Source: Acidobacteriota bacterium
GTDB taxonomy: Bacteria > Acidobacteriota > Thermoanaerobaculia > Multivoradales > UBA5704
Direction: 5' to 3'
NCBI GenBank assembly: GCA_040005235.1
Contig: JBDTZG010000012.1
Coordinates: 46,596 to 110,595, forward strand
DNA: 64,000 nt
Below are positions 36,446-45,560 of this stretch, piece by piece. The first letter of the stretch is position 1. Every line of letters starts with the position of its first letter. The notes under the pieces were generated by a model. That model did no database searches and was not told the origin of the DNA. It saw only the letters and a program-made list of their open reading frames with translations. Position numbers and translations under genes: made by a program.

Positions 36446-37759
36446 ATGGTAGACGCGTCCCGAAGGTCCGGCCAAATTTCGCTGCGAATCCTTGCGCGCA
36501 CCGCGGCATTCGTCCTGGCTGTCACCGCTCTCGCGGCGTGCGGCCGCCCCGCGGACACCGCGGACTCCACCCTTCCCAACCACCGCCTGCGCCTTCCGCG
36601 CGGCGGAGACCGGAGCCCGAGCGCCGCGTCGTTTTCGATTTCCGGGCCGGTCGCCGGGGTGGCGCTTGAGGAGGTGCTCCGCCTCCCCTCCATTCCGATC
36701 TACTTCGTATCGCCACCCGGCGACGACCGCCTGTTCATCGTTCAGAGGAATGGCGCGATCCGCATCCTCAAGAACGGCAGCCTGCTGCCCGGCAACTTCC
36801 TCGATTTGACCGAGAAGATCACGGAAGAAGGCGAAGGGGGCCTGTTGTCGATGGCGTTTCATCCCCGCTACGCCGAAAACGGTCTGTTCTTCGTCAACTA
36901 CACCGACACCGAGGGCGACACGGTGATCGCCCGCTACCACCGCTCAGGCGAAGACCCGGACCTCGCCGATTCGGGCTCCGCCACCCGGCTGCTCTGGATC
37001 GACCAGCCGTACAGCAACCACAACGGCGGCCAGCTCCAGTTCGGTCCCGACGGTTACCTCTACATCGGCATGGGCGACGGCGGCTCGGCCGGCGATCCGA
37101 GCTGCAACGCCCAGCGCCGGGTGAACCTGCTCGGCAAGATGCTGCGGATCGACGTCGATCACCCCACCGGCAACCGGCCCTATGCGATTCCGCCCGACAA
37201 TCCGTTCCTTGGGCCGAACCCGCTTCCCGACGAAGCCTGGGCGATCGGTCTGCGTAACCCCTGGCGCTTCAGCTTCGACCGGGCGACCGGCGATCTCTGG
37301 ATCGGCGACGTCGGCCAGAACCGAATGGAAGAGATCGACTTCCAGGCCAAGGCCACGCCCTCCGGCCGCAATTACGGCTGGAAGCCGATGGAGGGCACGC
37401 TCTGCTTCGCGGACGACAAGTGCGAAGCCGACACTCCCTCCTGCAACGCCAAGGAGCTCACTCTACCGGTGCTCGAATACCCCCACGAGGACGGCAACTG
37501 CTCGGTGACCGGCGGCTATGTCTATCGCGGCCGGCGGATTCCCAGCCTGGTCGGCAGCTACCTGTTCGGCGACTATTGCTCCGGTCGGGTCTGGGCGGCA
37601 AAGATCGGAAAGAGCGGCTTCGATGTGCAGCAGCTCTCCGACCTCGCCATGAGCGTCGTGACTTTCGGCGAAGATCGCGACGGGGAGATCTGGCTGGGAA
37701 CGTTCGAAGGAAAGGTGTTGAGATTGGTCGCCAAGGACTCGAAAGGCGGAGGAAAATGA
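36446..37759 (+). CDS. PQQ-dependent glucose/sorbosone dehydrogenase-family protein (possible lipoprotein)
   Basis: EGGLLSMAFHP, NHNGGQLQFGPDGYLYIGMGDGG, GKMLRID, GLRNPWRFSFD, SVTGGYVYRG; LAAC lipobox. Confidence 0.9.
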   Translation: MVDASRRSGQISLRILARTAAFVLAVTALAACGRPADTADSTLPNHRLRLPRGGDRSPSAASFSISGPVAGVALEEVLRLPSIPIYFVSPPGDDRLFIVQRNGAIRILKNGSLLPGNFLDLTEKITEEGEGGLLSMAFHPRYAENGLFFVNYTDTEGDTVIARYHRSGEDPDLADSGSATRLLWIDQPYSNHNGGQLQFGPDGYLYIGMGDGGSAGDPSCNAQRRVNLLGKMLRIDVDHPTGNRPYAIPPDNPFLGPNPLPDEAWAIGLRNPWRFSFDRATGDLWIGDVGQNRMEEIDFQAKATPSGRNYGWKPMEGTLCFADDKCEADTPSCNAKELTLPVLEYPHEDGNCSVTGGYVYRGRRIPSLVGSYLFGDYCSGRVWAAKIGKSGFDVQQLSDLAMSVVTFGEDRDGEIWLGTFEGKVLRLVAKDSKGGGK

Positions 37760-38787
37760 AGAGCCTCTTTCGCCGGTGGCTCGGCGGTTCGGACCCCGAA
37801 CCCGCGGGACCGCTTTCCCCCGATGGCCAGCTCGCGAGCGACCTCTGGGTCGATCGGCCGGATGCCCTTACGCGCCTTGAAGGAATGCACGCGAGCGGCA
37901 CGGTCGCCGACGACGAGGCGGCGCAGCTGGAACAGTTCATCCGCCGCGGCTATTTGACGTTTTCTCTCGGCGACCTCACCGCCCCGGCCGCCGCGATCGG
38001 CCAGGACGTCGACCGGGCCTGGCGCGAACGACCCGCCGACCTGGCGTACGCCTGGAGCGGCCCGCTGCGCAGCTTCGCCGAGGCGGACTTGGGCCGCGAC
38101 CGCCGGCCGTCCTATCGCATCGCCGACCTCCATTCGCACTCGGCCGCGGCGCTCGATCTCTACCTTCATCCCGCCATTTTCCGGCGCGTCGAGCTGGCGC
38201 TCGGTCGCCCCGCCGTCGCCACCCAATCGCTTTATTTCGAATGGGGAAGCCAGCAGGCGCTCCACCGCGATCCGGTGTTCGTTCAGACCCAGCCACCGAG
38301 CCATCTGATCGCCGCCTGGATCGCTCTGGAAGACATCCATCCGGACAGCGGCCCGCTGGTCTACATGCCCGGTTCGCACCGGCTCCCCTACTACCAGTTC
38401 GCGCCGGGAGAGTTTCTGTTCGACCAGAGCCGCTACGGCCCAGCTGAGACGCAAGCGATGGCCGAGCACGACCGCCGCCAATGCGCCGCCGCGGGGCTTG
38501 AACCCGAAACCCTTGTCTGCCCGAAGGGGGAAGTCCTGCTCTGGCACTCGTCGCTGCTCCACGGCGGCTCCGCGGTCGCCGATCCGGACCGGACCCGCAA
38601 AAGCTTCGTCGTCCACTTCTCCAGCGCTGACCGCTACAAGCTGCGCCGTCAGGGAATCGTCGAATTTTTGAACGACGGCGATCAGCGCGTGGAACGCCAC
38701 CGGATTTTGGAGACAGAAGAGATTCTCGAACGCCCGGGAGCGCGTGGTTTCGCGAGCCCGATGGTTGGGTACGAACCGCCGCGGTAG
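37756..38787 (+). CDS. Phytanoyl-CoA dioxygenase (PhyH)-family Fe/2OG dioxygenase
   Basis: QSLYF..GSQQALHRD, AAWIALEDI..DSGPL...PGSH, WHSSLLHGG...TRKS; ATGA overlap with the upstream gene. Confidence 0.88.
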   Translation: MKSLFRRWLGGSDPEPAGPLSPDGQLASDLWVDRPDALTRLEGMHASGTVADDEAAQLEQFIRRGYLTFSLGDLTAPAAAIGQDVDRAWRERPADLAYAWSGPLRSFAEADLGRDRRPSYRIADLHSHSAAALDLYLHPAIFRRVELALGRPAVATQSLYFEWGSQQALHRDPVFVQTQPPSHLIAAWIALEDIHPDSGPLVYMPGSHRLPYYQFAPGEFLFDQSRYGPAETQAMAEHDRRQCAAAGLEPETLVCPKGEVLLWHSSLLHGGSAVADPDRTRKSFVVHFSSADRYKLRRQGIVEFLNDGDQRVERHRILETEEILERPGARGFASPMVGYEPPR

Positions 38788-38798
38788 GGCGCCCCTAC
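38784..38798. repeat. 15-bp GTAG palindrome containing the stop codons of both convergent genes
   Basis: GTAGGGCGCCCCTAC, the reverse complement of 28066-28080. Confidence 0.65.
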
Positions 38799-39382
38799 CC
38801 CAGCCGCCCCAGTTTCCCCAACTTCGCCGCCGCCCGCAGCACGCCGCAGACGCTCTTGGCGTCGTGCATCTCGCCCGAAAGCGCCTGTTCGATCGCTTCT
38901 CCAAGCGGCAGGCGCTCGACGTGGAGCACCTCGTCGGCTTCGAGGGTCTGGCGGGTCTGGGTCAAATCGGTCGCGAGGTAGAGCCAGACCTTCTCGTCGG
39001 CAAAGCCCGGGGTGGCCCAGATCCAGCCGAGCGGTTCGAGGCGGCCGGCGGTGTGGCCCGTCTCTTCTTCCAGCTCGCGCGCCGCGCAGATCTCCGGCGC
39101 TTCGGTTCCTTCCGCCGTTCTATCGAGTTTGCCGGCCGGGATTTCGAGCAGCCAGCCTCCCGTCGCCCAGCGCGCCTGGCGGACCAGGAGGACGTCGCCC
39201 TCGGCGGTGACCGGCACGATCGCCGCGGCGCCCACGTGGTAGACCCGTTCGAGATCGACCTCGACGCCGTTGGGCATCCGGACGGTGTCGATTTTCAAAT
39301 GCACCGTCCGGCCGGTGAAGATCTCGCGGCTCGCGAGCAGGATGATCGGCCCGAGGGTCGGTTTCCCTTCGCCTTCGCTCAC
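38795..39382 (-). CDS. NUDIX hydrolase (ADP-ribose pyrophosphatase-like)
   Basis: LEIPAGKLD...AARELEEETG Nudix box; TPGFADE; DAKS. Confidence 0.92.
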   Translation of the reverse strand: MSEGEGKPTLGPIILLASREIFTGRTVHLKIDTVRMPNGVEVDLERVYHVGAAAIVPVTAEGDVLLVRQARWATGGWLLEIPAGKLDRTAEGTEAPEICAARELEEETGHTAGRLEPLGWIWATPGFADEKVWLYLATDLTQTRQTLEADEVLHVERLPLGEAIEQALSGEMHDAKSVCGVLRAAAKLGKLGRLG

Positions 39383-40212
39383 TGACCTTCCCCGGGGACC
39401 TGGGGCATCATCTCGCGCTCTTTGTAGCCGGCCGGCACCTCGAACGAGACGGGCGCCTTGGCGAAACTGTCGAGCGCCGTCACCTCCATCGAGCTCTGAG
39501 TCTTTTGTGTCCGGCCGCCCTGCGACGTCGTGGTGACGGTGATCGACTTGAGCGGCACGCCCTTGAGCTTTTCGGTTTCGGCGGCGATCAGGCGGTCAAG
39601 GTCGGCGTTGCCGGTCTTCGGCTTGCCGGTCCGCAGCCACAGGCCGAACGATTTGTCGAGCAGGCGGTCGGTGACCCAGAATTCCTCTTCGGTCAGCACG
39701 TCGTTCGCCTTGCCCATCCCGAAGACTCGGACCTTCATCTGGTAGGCGGTGCGGAACTTGAGGTGGCGGGTCGGCTGGCCGAGCATCGTCGGCCCCGCCT
39801 CGTCGAGCAGCGTCTCGACCTTGGGGCTGGAGATTTCGATCTTGAGCAGCGGCCCCATGCCGCCCATCACGGCGCCGATGGAGCCGAGCATCGCATCGAG
39901 GTCCATCTCGCCGTACGTTTTCTCCTCCGGATCGACCAGCAGGATCGTCCGGCCGCCGTCGCGGGTCAGCATGTAGGTGCCCGCCCCGGCGATCGGGTTC
40001 GCGCTCTCTTTGAAATCGACCCGGCCCTTGTCGCCGTCGGCCCAGGCTTCGACCACGGTCTTCTGCGGTCCGCGCGACGATTCGATCGTGGTCGTCGATT
40101 GAAAGTGAAAGCCGGCCCGGGCGGCGACCGGGGCCAGGAGGGAGGTCAAAAGCAGGGCCGCGGCCGGAAGGCGGCGGGAGATTCGAATCGATCGGTCGGT
40201 GGTCATGGGCAT
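39379..40212 (-). CDS. Secreted DUF4412-like protein
   Basis: Signal peptide; GRVDF, LVDPEEKTY, GVPLKS, FEVPAGYKE. Confidence 0.7.
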   Translation of the reverse strand: MPMTTDRSIRISRRLPAAALLLTSLLAPVAARAGFHFQSTTTIESSRGPQKTVVEAWADGDKGRVDFKESANPIAGAGTYMLTRDGGRTILLVDPEEKTYGEMDLDAMLGSIGAVMGGMGPLLKIEISSPKVETLLDEAGPTMLGQPTRHLKFRTAYQMKVRVFGMGKANDVLTEEEFWVTDRLLDKSFGLWLRTGKPKTGNADLDRLIAAETEKLKGVPLKSITVTTTSQGGRTQKTQSSMEVTALDSFAKAPVSFEVPAGYKEREMMPQVPGEGQ

Positions 40213-40335
40213 GTCTCCTCGGAAGTGGGACCGGGGCGCGATGATCCCAGAGCGGGAGGCGCGAGGCAAGGACGGGGCTGGGAATAGACTTGGACGTCGG
40301 CGCCTTCTGAATGCGCCACGAAAGAGACTCATCCC

Positions 40336-41616
40336 GTGCATCCCCCCGCCTCCCCTCCACCGAAACCCAAGCCGCCCACGGAGCCCTCTTCCGAGCGCCT
40401 GCGCGAAGCGCTCCGCCTGCTCGCAGCGGAGGCCGAAGCGCGGATCGCCCGCCATCCGGGCGGCCACCTGGTCGCGGGGCGCGGCGACAGCCTCGCGGTC
40501 GCTCTGCGCATTCCCTCCGACCTGCGCGACGGCCGGCTGGAGCCGGCAATCCGGGCCGCCGACGAGGCGCTCGACGACGCGCTCGGCGATCTCGTGCGCG
40601 AACGGAGCGTCTTCCGGCCGGGCCGGGCGTTCTGCCTGCGCTGCAGCTCGCCCGATTGCGTCCACGCCGCGGCGCCCGAGCCGCGCCAGGTGTTCGCCGG
40701 CTATGGTCCGACGGGGTTGCCCCGTTATCTCGATTTCGGCCAATTGCTCCTAGAGCGGCGCGATCCGCGGGTCGAGACGCTGTTCAAGGACACTCCCGGC
40801 CTGGTGGCGCTCACCCTCGGCGAAGCGGACCTCTGCGCCGCGCTCGCCGCGCCGTTCCAGAAGCGGGAGGACGGCTTCCGCTTGCTCGGCCAAGTGGCCG
40901 CCGGCTGGTTCCGGGTCCGCGCGGATTCCGGCGTCGCGGTACCGTTCGCGATCGCGTTCCAAATCCTGTCGGTGCGGGCGAAGAGAGGCCGCCGCAGCCT
41001 GGTCCTGAACGTCCTCGGCACGGCGCCCGGCGGCGGGCCGCTCGAAGCGCTTTACGATCGGCTGGGCAACATCCCCTGGCTCGACGCCGTCCGCTGGGCT
41101 CAGACCGCGTTGGCGAGCGTCGAGCGGAGCTTGGACGCCCCGCCGCAGGCCCGCCGGCCGGGGAGCAAACCCGGCGCGGGCAATGCCGCGGGAAAAAGCG
41201 CGGGAAACGGATCGGCCCCCGCGCGCGCCTTGGAGCTGGCGCCGCGCCGCCTTCAAGGGATCTTGGACGGCCTCGCGCATCGGCTGGAAAAAGACCGCCG
41301 CGGCCAGGACCGGCGAACCCAGCACGCCGAGATCCGCCGCGCGGAAGGAGATCGCCCGACCGGCATGGCGCTCGCCGATCTCGCCCGCGCGTCGGCACAC
41401 GAGGTGCTGGCCGACGTCCAACGCGACACTCTGGTCGTCCTGGGCGAAAAAGGCCGCGCCCACGTTTTCAACCGAGAAGGGCGTCACGTCACGTCGATCC
41501 GCTTTACCCAAGTGGCCCTGGACAAGCGCCGCGCCCGCGGGCTCTGGCGCCCGGCGCGTCCCGACGAAATCGCCGCGCTGCTCACGGCGGTCAAGACCGC
41601 GGGAATGTCACCCTAG
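40336..41616 (+). CDS. Hypothetical protein with a CxxC..C.H putative Zn knuckle
   Basis: Long ORF; FCLRCSSPDCVH, VFAGYGPTGLP, VVLGEKGRAHVF...GRHVTS. Start uncertain. Confidence 0.7.
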   Translation: MHPPASPPPKPKPPTEPSSERLREALRLLAAEAEARIARHPGGHLVAGRGDSLAVALRIPSDLRDGRLEPAIRAADEALDDALGDLVRERSVFRPGRAFCLRCSSPDCVHAAAPEPRQVFAGYGPTGLPRYLDFGQLLLERRDPRVETLFKDTPGLVALTLGEADLCAALAAPFQKREDGFRLLGQVAAGWFRVRADSGVAVPFAIAFQILSVRAKRGRRSLVLNVLGTAPGGGPLEALYDRLGNIPWLDAVRWAQTALASVERSLDAPPQARRPGSKPGAGNAAGKSAGNGSAPARALELAPRRLQGILDGLAHRLEKDRRGQDRRTQHAEIRRAEGDRPTGMALADLARASAHEVLADVQRDTLVVLGEKGRAHVFNREGRHVTSIRFTQVALDKRRARGLWRPARPDEIAALLTAVKTAGMSP

Positions 41617-41630
41617 GGGCCGGGCCGGCC

Positions 41631-41978
41631 CTACACCAGGACGCTCTCGATCCAACTCTCCAGGCGGGTCTGACCCAGACCTTCGACGTCGATAAATTCG
41701 AGCCCCATGCCGCGCGGGCGGAACCAGCGCCGGACCCAACGAACGACGGCGCGGGCATGGACCGGCTCTCCCCGCTCGTCCGCCTCGACGAAGAAATCGA
41801 GATCGACCAGCGCCCCCTTGGGCAGCGGCCGGCGGGTCTCCAAGAACAGACCGCCGATCGACAGATCGCGGGCGATGCCGTCCAGATACTCCCGGGTCGC
41901 CCGTTCCACCTGGACGCCGGAGTACAAAACTCTTACTCCGCCCGCGACGCGGCGGTATTTTCTGCGGTCTCTGCCCAT
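41631..41978 (-). CDS. Stand-alone PilZ-domain protein
   Basis: RRKYRR (RxxxR), DLSIGGLF (DxSxxG), VRW...GMGLEF. Confidence 0.88.
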   Translation of the reverse strand: MGRDRRKYRRVAGGVRVLYSGVQVERATREYLDGIARDLSIGGLFLETRRPLPKGALVDLDFFVEADERGEPVHARAVVRWVRRWFRPRGMGLEFIDVEGLGQTRLESWIESVLV

Positions 41979-42078
41979 TCTTAAGCTCGGTTAGTTCTTC
42001 GGATGGCCTCAGGCAAGGATAGTCGAAATCGAATCCGCCGAGAGCCGGCCGTTCGGGTTTCGACTACCATCTCCCCGC

Positions 42079-42801
42079 ATGACATCCGATCAACTCATCC
42101 TCGGCCTCACTTGGTTCGTGGTCTTCCTGTTTTCGACCACGCTGCACGAGGCGGGCCATGCTCTCGCCGCGTACTGGATGGGCGATCCCACGGCGTACCA
42201 CGGCGGCCAGGTGAGCTTGAACCCGTGGCCGCACATCCGCCGCGCTCCGTTCGGCATGGTGGTGGCCCCACTGGCCTCGCTGCTCCTTTCCAAGGGTCAG
42301 TCGCTGATCGGCTGGGCCTCCGCTCCGTACGATCCCCACTGGGCCGCGAGCCACCACCGCCGCGCCGCGGTCATGGCAGCCGCCGGACCCGCGGCGAACC
42401 TGGTGCTCGTACTGCTGTCCGGCGCCGCGATCCGGATCGGTTACCTCCAGGGGATTTTCGCCGTGCCCGATCAGGTGACGTACGACCGGCTGACCGAAGC
42501 CGCCGTTCAAGGGAGCCTGGCCGGGGCGTTCGCCGTGCCTCTGTCCATTTTTTTCACCCTCAACATCCTGCTGTTCGTGTTCAACCTTCTTCCGCTTCCG
42601 CCGCTCGACGGCAGCGCTCTTCCGCCGCTGTTCATGTCGGACAAGATGGCGGAAACTTACCTCGATTTTCTTCACCAGCCCCAGCTCGCGCTCGTCGGCA
42701 TGATGGTCGCGTGGCAGATCTTCAGTCCGCTTTTTACCCCGATCATCCGCTTCGCGATCAACCACCTCTATCCGGGCGTCATCTACACCTTTCCCGCCTG
42801 A
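42079..42801 (+). CDS. Site-2 (M50) intramembrane metalloprotease
   Basis: HEAGH, GDPTA, AAGPAAN, FNLLPLPPLDG. Confidence 0.93.
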   Translation: MTSDQLILGLTWFVVFLFSTTLHEAGHALAAYWMGDPTAYHGGQVSLNPWPHIRRAPFGMVVAPLASLLLSKGQSLIGWASAPYDPHWAASHHRRAAVMAAAGPAANLVLVLLSGAAIRIGYLQGIFAVPDQVTYDRLTEAAVQGSLAGAFAVPLSIFFTLNILLFVFNLLPLPPLDGSALPPLFMSDKMAETYLDFLHQPQLALVGMMVAWQIFSPLFTPIIRFAINHLYPGVIYTFPA

Positions 42802-42810
42802 AGGCCGCCG

Positions 42811-43884
42811 ATGCTCAAGAAACTCGCCCTGACGTTCGTCGCCCTCGCGATCTCACTGCTCGCCGCCGAGCTGATGCTGCGCCTGGTCGGCGCCGCCCCC
42901 AAGATCTACCCGATCGAACGCGGCCGGTTCCGCCTGGCGAGGAATCCCAAGATCGGCTACGAGCCCGCGCCGGTCAATTACCGCGGCGACGGATCGAAAC
43001 CCGGCACCCCCGCGAAGAACCCAGCGAACCCGCCACTCCCTCCCAACACCGAAGGGCAACTGGCGTTTTACGACTACCTCGGCGCCAGCAACCGGCTCGG
43101 CTTTCGCGACGTCGACCACGAAGTGGCCAAGCCTCCCGGCGTCTATCGGATCGTGGTGATCGGCGACAGCATCGCGGCAGGCCTGAAGGTCGATCGCTTC
43201 GAGGACACCTTCCCGTCGATCCTCGGCGAAGAGCTGCGAGCGAAAGGCGTGAAGGCCGAAGTGATCAGCCTAGCGGTCTCCGGCTATAACACCCAACAAG
43301 AGGTCGAGACGCTGCGCGAAAAGGGCCTCCAATACCAACCCGATCTCGTGCTGCTCTCATACTCCCTTTCCTCCCGAGAGCACATCGACGGCGACATCTA
43401 CAAGACCCTGCTCGAAGAAGAGCAGCACCAGGGCGGAGTCTCGAGCGCCCGCACCAATCCCTACCTGGTCAACAGCGCCCTCTACCGCTTCTTCCGCTAT
43501 CGGGTCTTCCCGCCCCACCACGGCCCGCCCGACCCCAAACGGGTCGAACAGTTCCTCGCCGACGTCTCCACCGACCGCGTGGCCGAATACTTCGGAGTCC
43601 TCGACGACCTCGCCCAAAAGAACGGCTTTCAGGTCCTGGTCGCCGTCTTCCCCCGCTTCACCAAAAACTTCCACGCCTACCCCCTCGGCGAGCAGCACGC
43701 CTACGCCAAGCGACTCGCCGACCAGCACCACTTCTACTACCTCGACCTGATCGACCCCTTCCAAGCCTGCCGCGATGCCTCCCCCGACCCGATCGAGGAG
43801 GACAACTTCCACCCGAACGCCCGAGGGCACCGGTGCGCGGCGGAGGCTTTGGCGGGGAAGGTTTTGGGGGAGGTTCGGCGGTAG
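42811..43884 (+). CDS. SGNH/GDSL hydrolase-family protein (membrane-anchored)
   Basis: NRLGFRD, RIVVIGDS, VSGYNTQQE, DNFHPNARGH. Confidence 0.88.
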   Translation: MLKKLALTFVALAISLLAAELMLRLVGAAPKIYPIERGRFRLARNPKIGYEPAPVNYRGDGSKPGTPAKNPANPPLPPNTEGQLAFYDYLGASNRLGFRDVDHEVAKPPGVYRIVVIGDSIAAGLKVDRFEDTFPSILGEELRAKGVKAEVISLAVSGYNTQQEVETLREKGLQYQPDLVLLSYSLSSREHIDGDIYKTLLEEEQHQGGVSSARTNPYLVNSALYRFFRYRVFPPHHGPPDPKRVEQFLADVSTDRVAEYFGVLDDLAQKNGFQVLVAVFPRFTKNFHAYPLGEQHAYAKRLADQHHFYYLDLIDPFQACRDASPDPIEEDNFHPNARGHRCAAEALAGKVLGEVRR

Positions 43885-44096
43885 GGGGCGGGGCGCTCGG
43901 CGCACTTTCCCGCAGCACTCCCTCCCCGGCCCCTCCCACCGCCCCCATCCCAACCCCCCCCAGCTCCAACCCACCCCCTCCCCGGGGGAATGGGCGCTGC
44001 GTTCGGCGGGGGTGGTGGGCCGGAAGGGTCGAGTTTGTGGAGCTTGGGTGGCGGGGATTGCGGCTGCGGGCGGGCGGTGTCTGGCTTTGCAGGTGG

Positions 44097-44390
44097 CTTC
44101 TGCGGATTCGCGGAAGGCACCTGCAAATTCCCGGAGGGCATCTGCAAATTCCCGGAGGGCATCTGCAAATTCGCGGAGGACTTCTGCAAAATCGCGGAGG
44201 GCTTCCGCGGATTCGCGGGAGGCTTCTGCGGAACGGCGGATTGAATCCTCCGTAGTGCGGACCGTAAATCTCGATCGGGGTAAGGCTTCTGCGAATTGGC
44301 GGACGGTCTCCGCGAAATGGCGGATGGCTTCCTGGAATCGGAGGACCGGGGTTTCCGAACGACGGACGGCCTACTCTAATCGCGGGAAGG
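44097..44390. repeat. Degenerate 21-bp tandem array (about 14 in-phase units)
   Basis: Units such as CACCTGCAAATTCCCGGAGGG, CATCTGCAAATTCCCGGAGGG, CATCTGCAAATTCGCGGAGGA and CTTCTGCAAAATCGCGGAGGG. Phase is kept through CTTCTGCGAATTGGCGGACGG (44286) to 44390. Confidence 0.85.
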
Positions 44391-44755
44391 CTTGGGATAA
44401 GACCGACCCCCTCGTAGCCCACCTTCCAACCGTGAGATTCGAGCCGCGGCCGCCCGGTTCTTTCAAGCGTCCTGGCCAACTTCGACACCAAGAATCGCCC
44501 CGGATCTCCTCGCGCTCCCTGGGTCAGCTCGGCACGAACCACGGAGGACAGCACGAGCCGCGGCGCGATCGGTACCGGGCAGTTTTGTTTGTCGGCGGCG
44601 ATCATCGATCGTGAGGCTGAGCACTCCGTTTTGGAGCGCCGAGGCCGGCGGCGCCGGAAGGCCCTGTTGCATTTTCGTGGTGTAGGACGGCGCGGCGGCA
44701 TCGTGCGGCAGGACGCGGATCGGCGAATGAGAATCTCCAACCTTGACATAGGGCC

Positions 44756-44785
44756 TTGTCGTCAAACCCATTACCGCGGTAATCT
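44756..44785 (+). promoter_or_regulatory. vapBC promoter with palindromic operator (probably a leaderless transcript)
   Basis: TTGTCG-N18-TAATCT ends 6 nt before the ATG at 44792; the perfect palindrome ATTACCGCGGTAAT (44770-44783) overlaps the -10 element. Confidence 0.65.
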
Positions 44786-44791
44786 GACCTC

Positions 44792-45052
44792 ATGACGATC
44801 GCGACATCGAAGGTGACGGCGCAAGGGCAAATCTCGGTACCTGCCGAGGTTCGGCGCAGGCTCGGTATCGGCCCGGGATCGGTCCTCGAATGGGACCAGG
44901 AAGGCGAAAAGATCCTCATTCGCCGGGCGGGACTCTACTCTTCCGAAGATCTACACCAGGCGTTGTTCGACACGCCGCCCAGGACCCGCAGCCTTGAGGA
45001 GCTGAAGGAAGGGATTCGCTCCTCGATCAAGAAACGTCATGCGCGCGGTTGA
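44792..45052 (+). CDS. vapB: AbrB/MazE-fold antitoxin (VapB)
   Basis: SKVTAQGQISVPAEVRRRLGIGPG; overlaps the PIN toxin gene. Confidence 0.88.
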   Translation: MTIATSKVTAQGQISVPAEVRRRLGIGPGSVLEWDQEGEKILIRRAGLYSSEDLHQALFDTPPRTRSLEELKEGIRSSIKKRHARG

Positions 45053-45419
45053 TACCAACCTGTTGGTGCGGCTCATGGCGCGCGACGACGAGCGCCAAAC
45101 CGCCGCGGCCGAGGTTTTCGTCACGGGCGGCGCTTGGGTGTCGCACCTCGTGCTCGTCGAGGCGATGTGGGTTCTCGGTTCCGTCTACGAACACCCTCCG
45201 GCCAAGATTGCAAAGGCTGTCGAGATTCTTCTCGCGCATCGCGATTTGGCGCTTCAGGAGCCGGAGGTCGTGGCGGCGGCCCTGGTTCGCTTCCAGCAAC
45301 GGCCGAAACTCGGCTTTTCGGATTGCCTGATCCTTGAAGTCGCGCGGCGGGCAGGGCATCTCCCGCTCGGTACTTTCGATCGTGATCTCGCCAAGCAGGC
45401 AGGAACGACGAAGCTTTGA
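45039..45419 (+). CDS. vapC: PIN-domain toxin (VapC)
   Basis: AVDTNLLVR, VLVEAMWVL, GFSDCLI, TFDRDL acidic PIN residues. Confidence 0.92.
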   Translation: MRAVDTNLLVRLMARDDERQTAAAEVFVTGGAWVSHLVLVEAMWVLGSVYEHPPAKIAKAVEILLAHRDLALQEPEVVAAALVRFQQRPKLGFSDCLILEVARRAGHLPLGTFDRDLAKQAGTTKL

Positions 45420-45482
45420 CGGCCGCGATTGCGGCAAATGAGATCCCCTTCGCGCCGCGGTCCAATTCGGTCCTCTCGGACG

Positions 45483-45531
45483 ATCTTCGCCGCTTCGGTG
45501 CCGAGCTGGTGCTCGGCGTTCCCAGGGAAAA
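45483..45531 (+). repeat. Dispersed ~50-bp REP-like repeat, copy 2
   Basis: ATCTTCGCCGCTTCGGTGCCGAGCTGGTGCTCGGCGTTCCCAGGGAAAA, with the hairpin GCCGAGC-TGGT-GCTCGGC. Confidence 0.7.
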
Positions 45532-45560
45532 GCAGCACCTCCGGCTATCATTCCGGTTCC

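Noticed and set aside
44097-44390. Possible CRISPR array
   Set aside because: The units are contiguous with no unique spacers, and there are no cas genes nearby.
43775-44614. ORFs spanning the 21-bp array as annotated CDS
   Set aside because: Several frames on both strands are open because of the repeat; there is no clear RBS/start or recognisable domain to choose among them.
44792-45531. vapBC region as a mobile element
   Set aside because: No transposase, integrase, terminal inverted repeats or target-site duplication were found.
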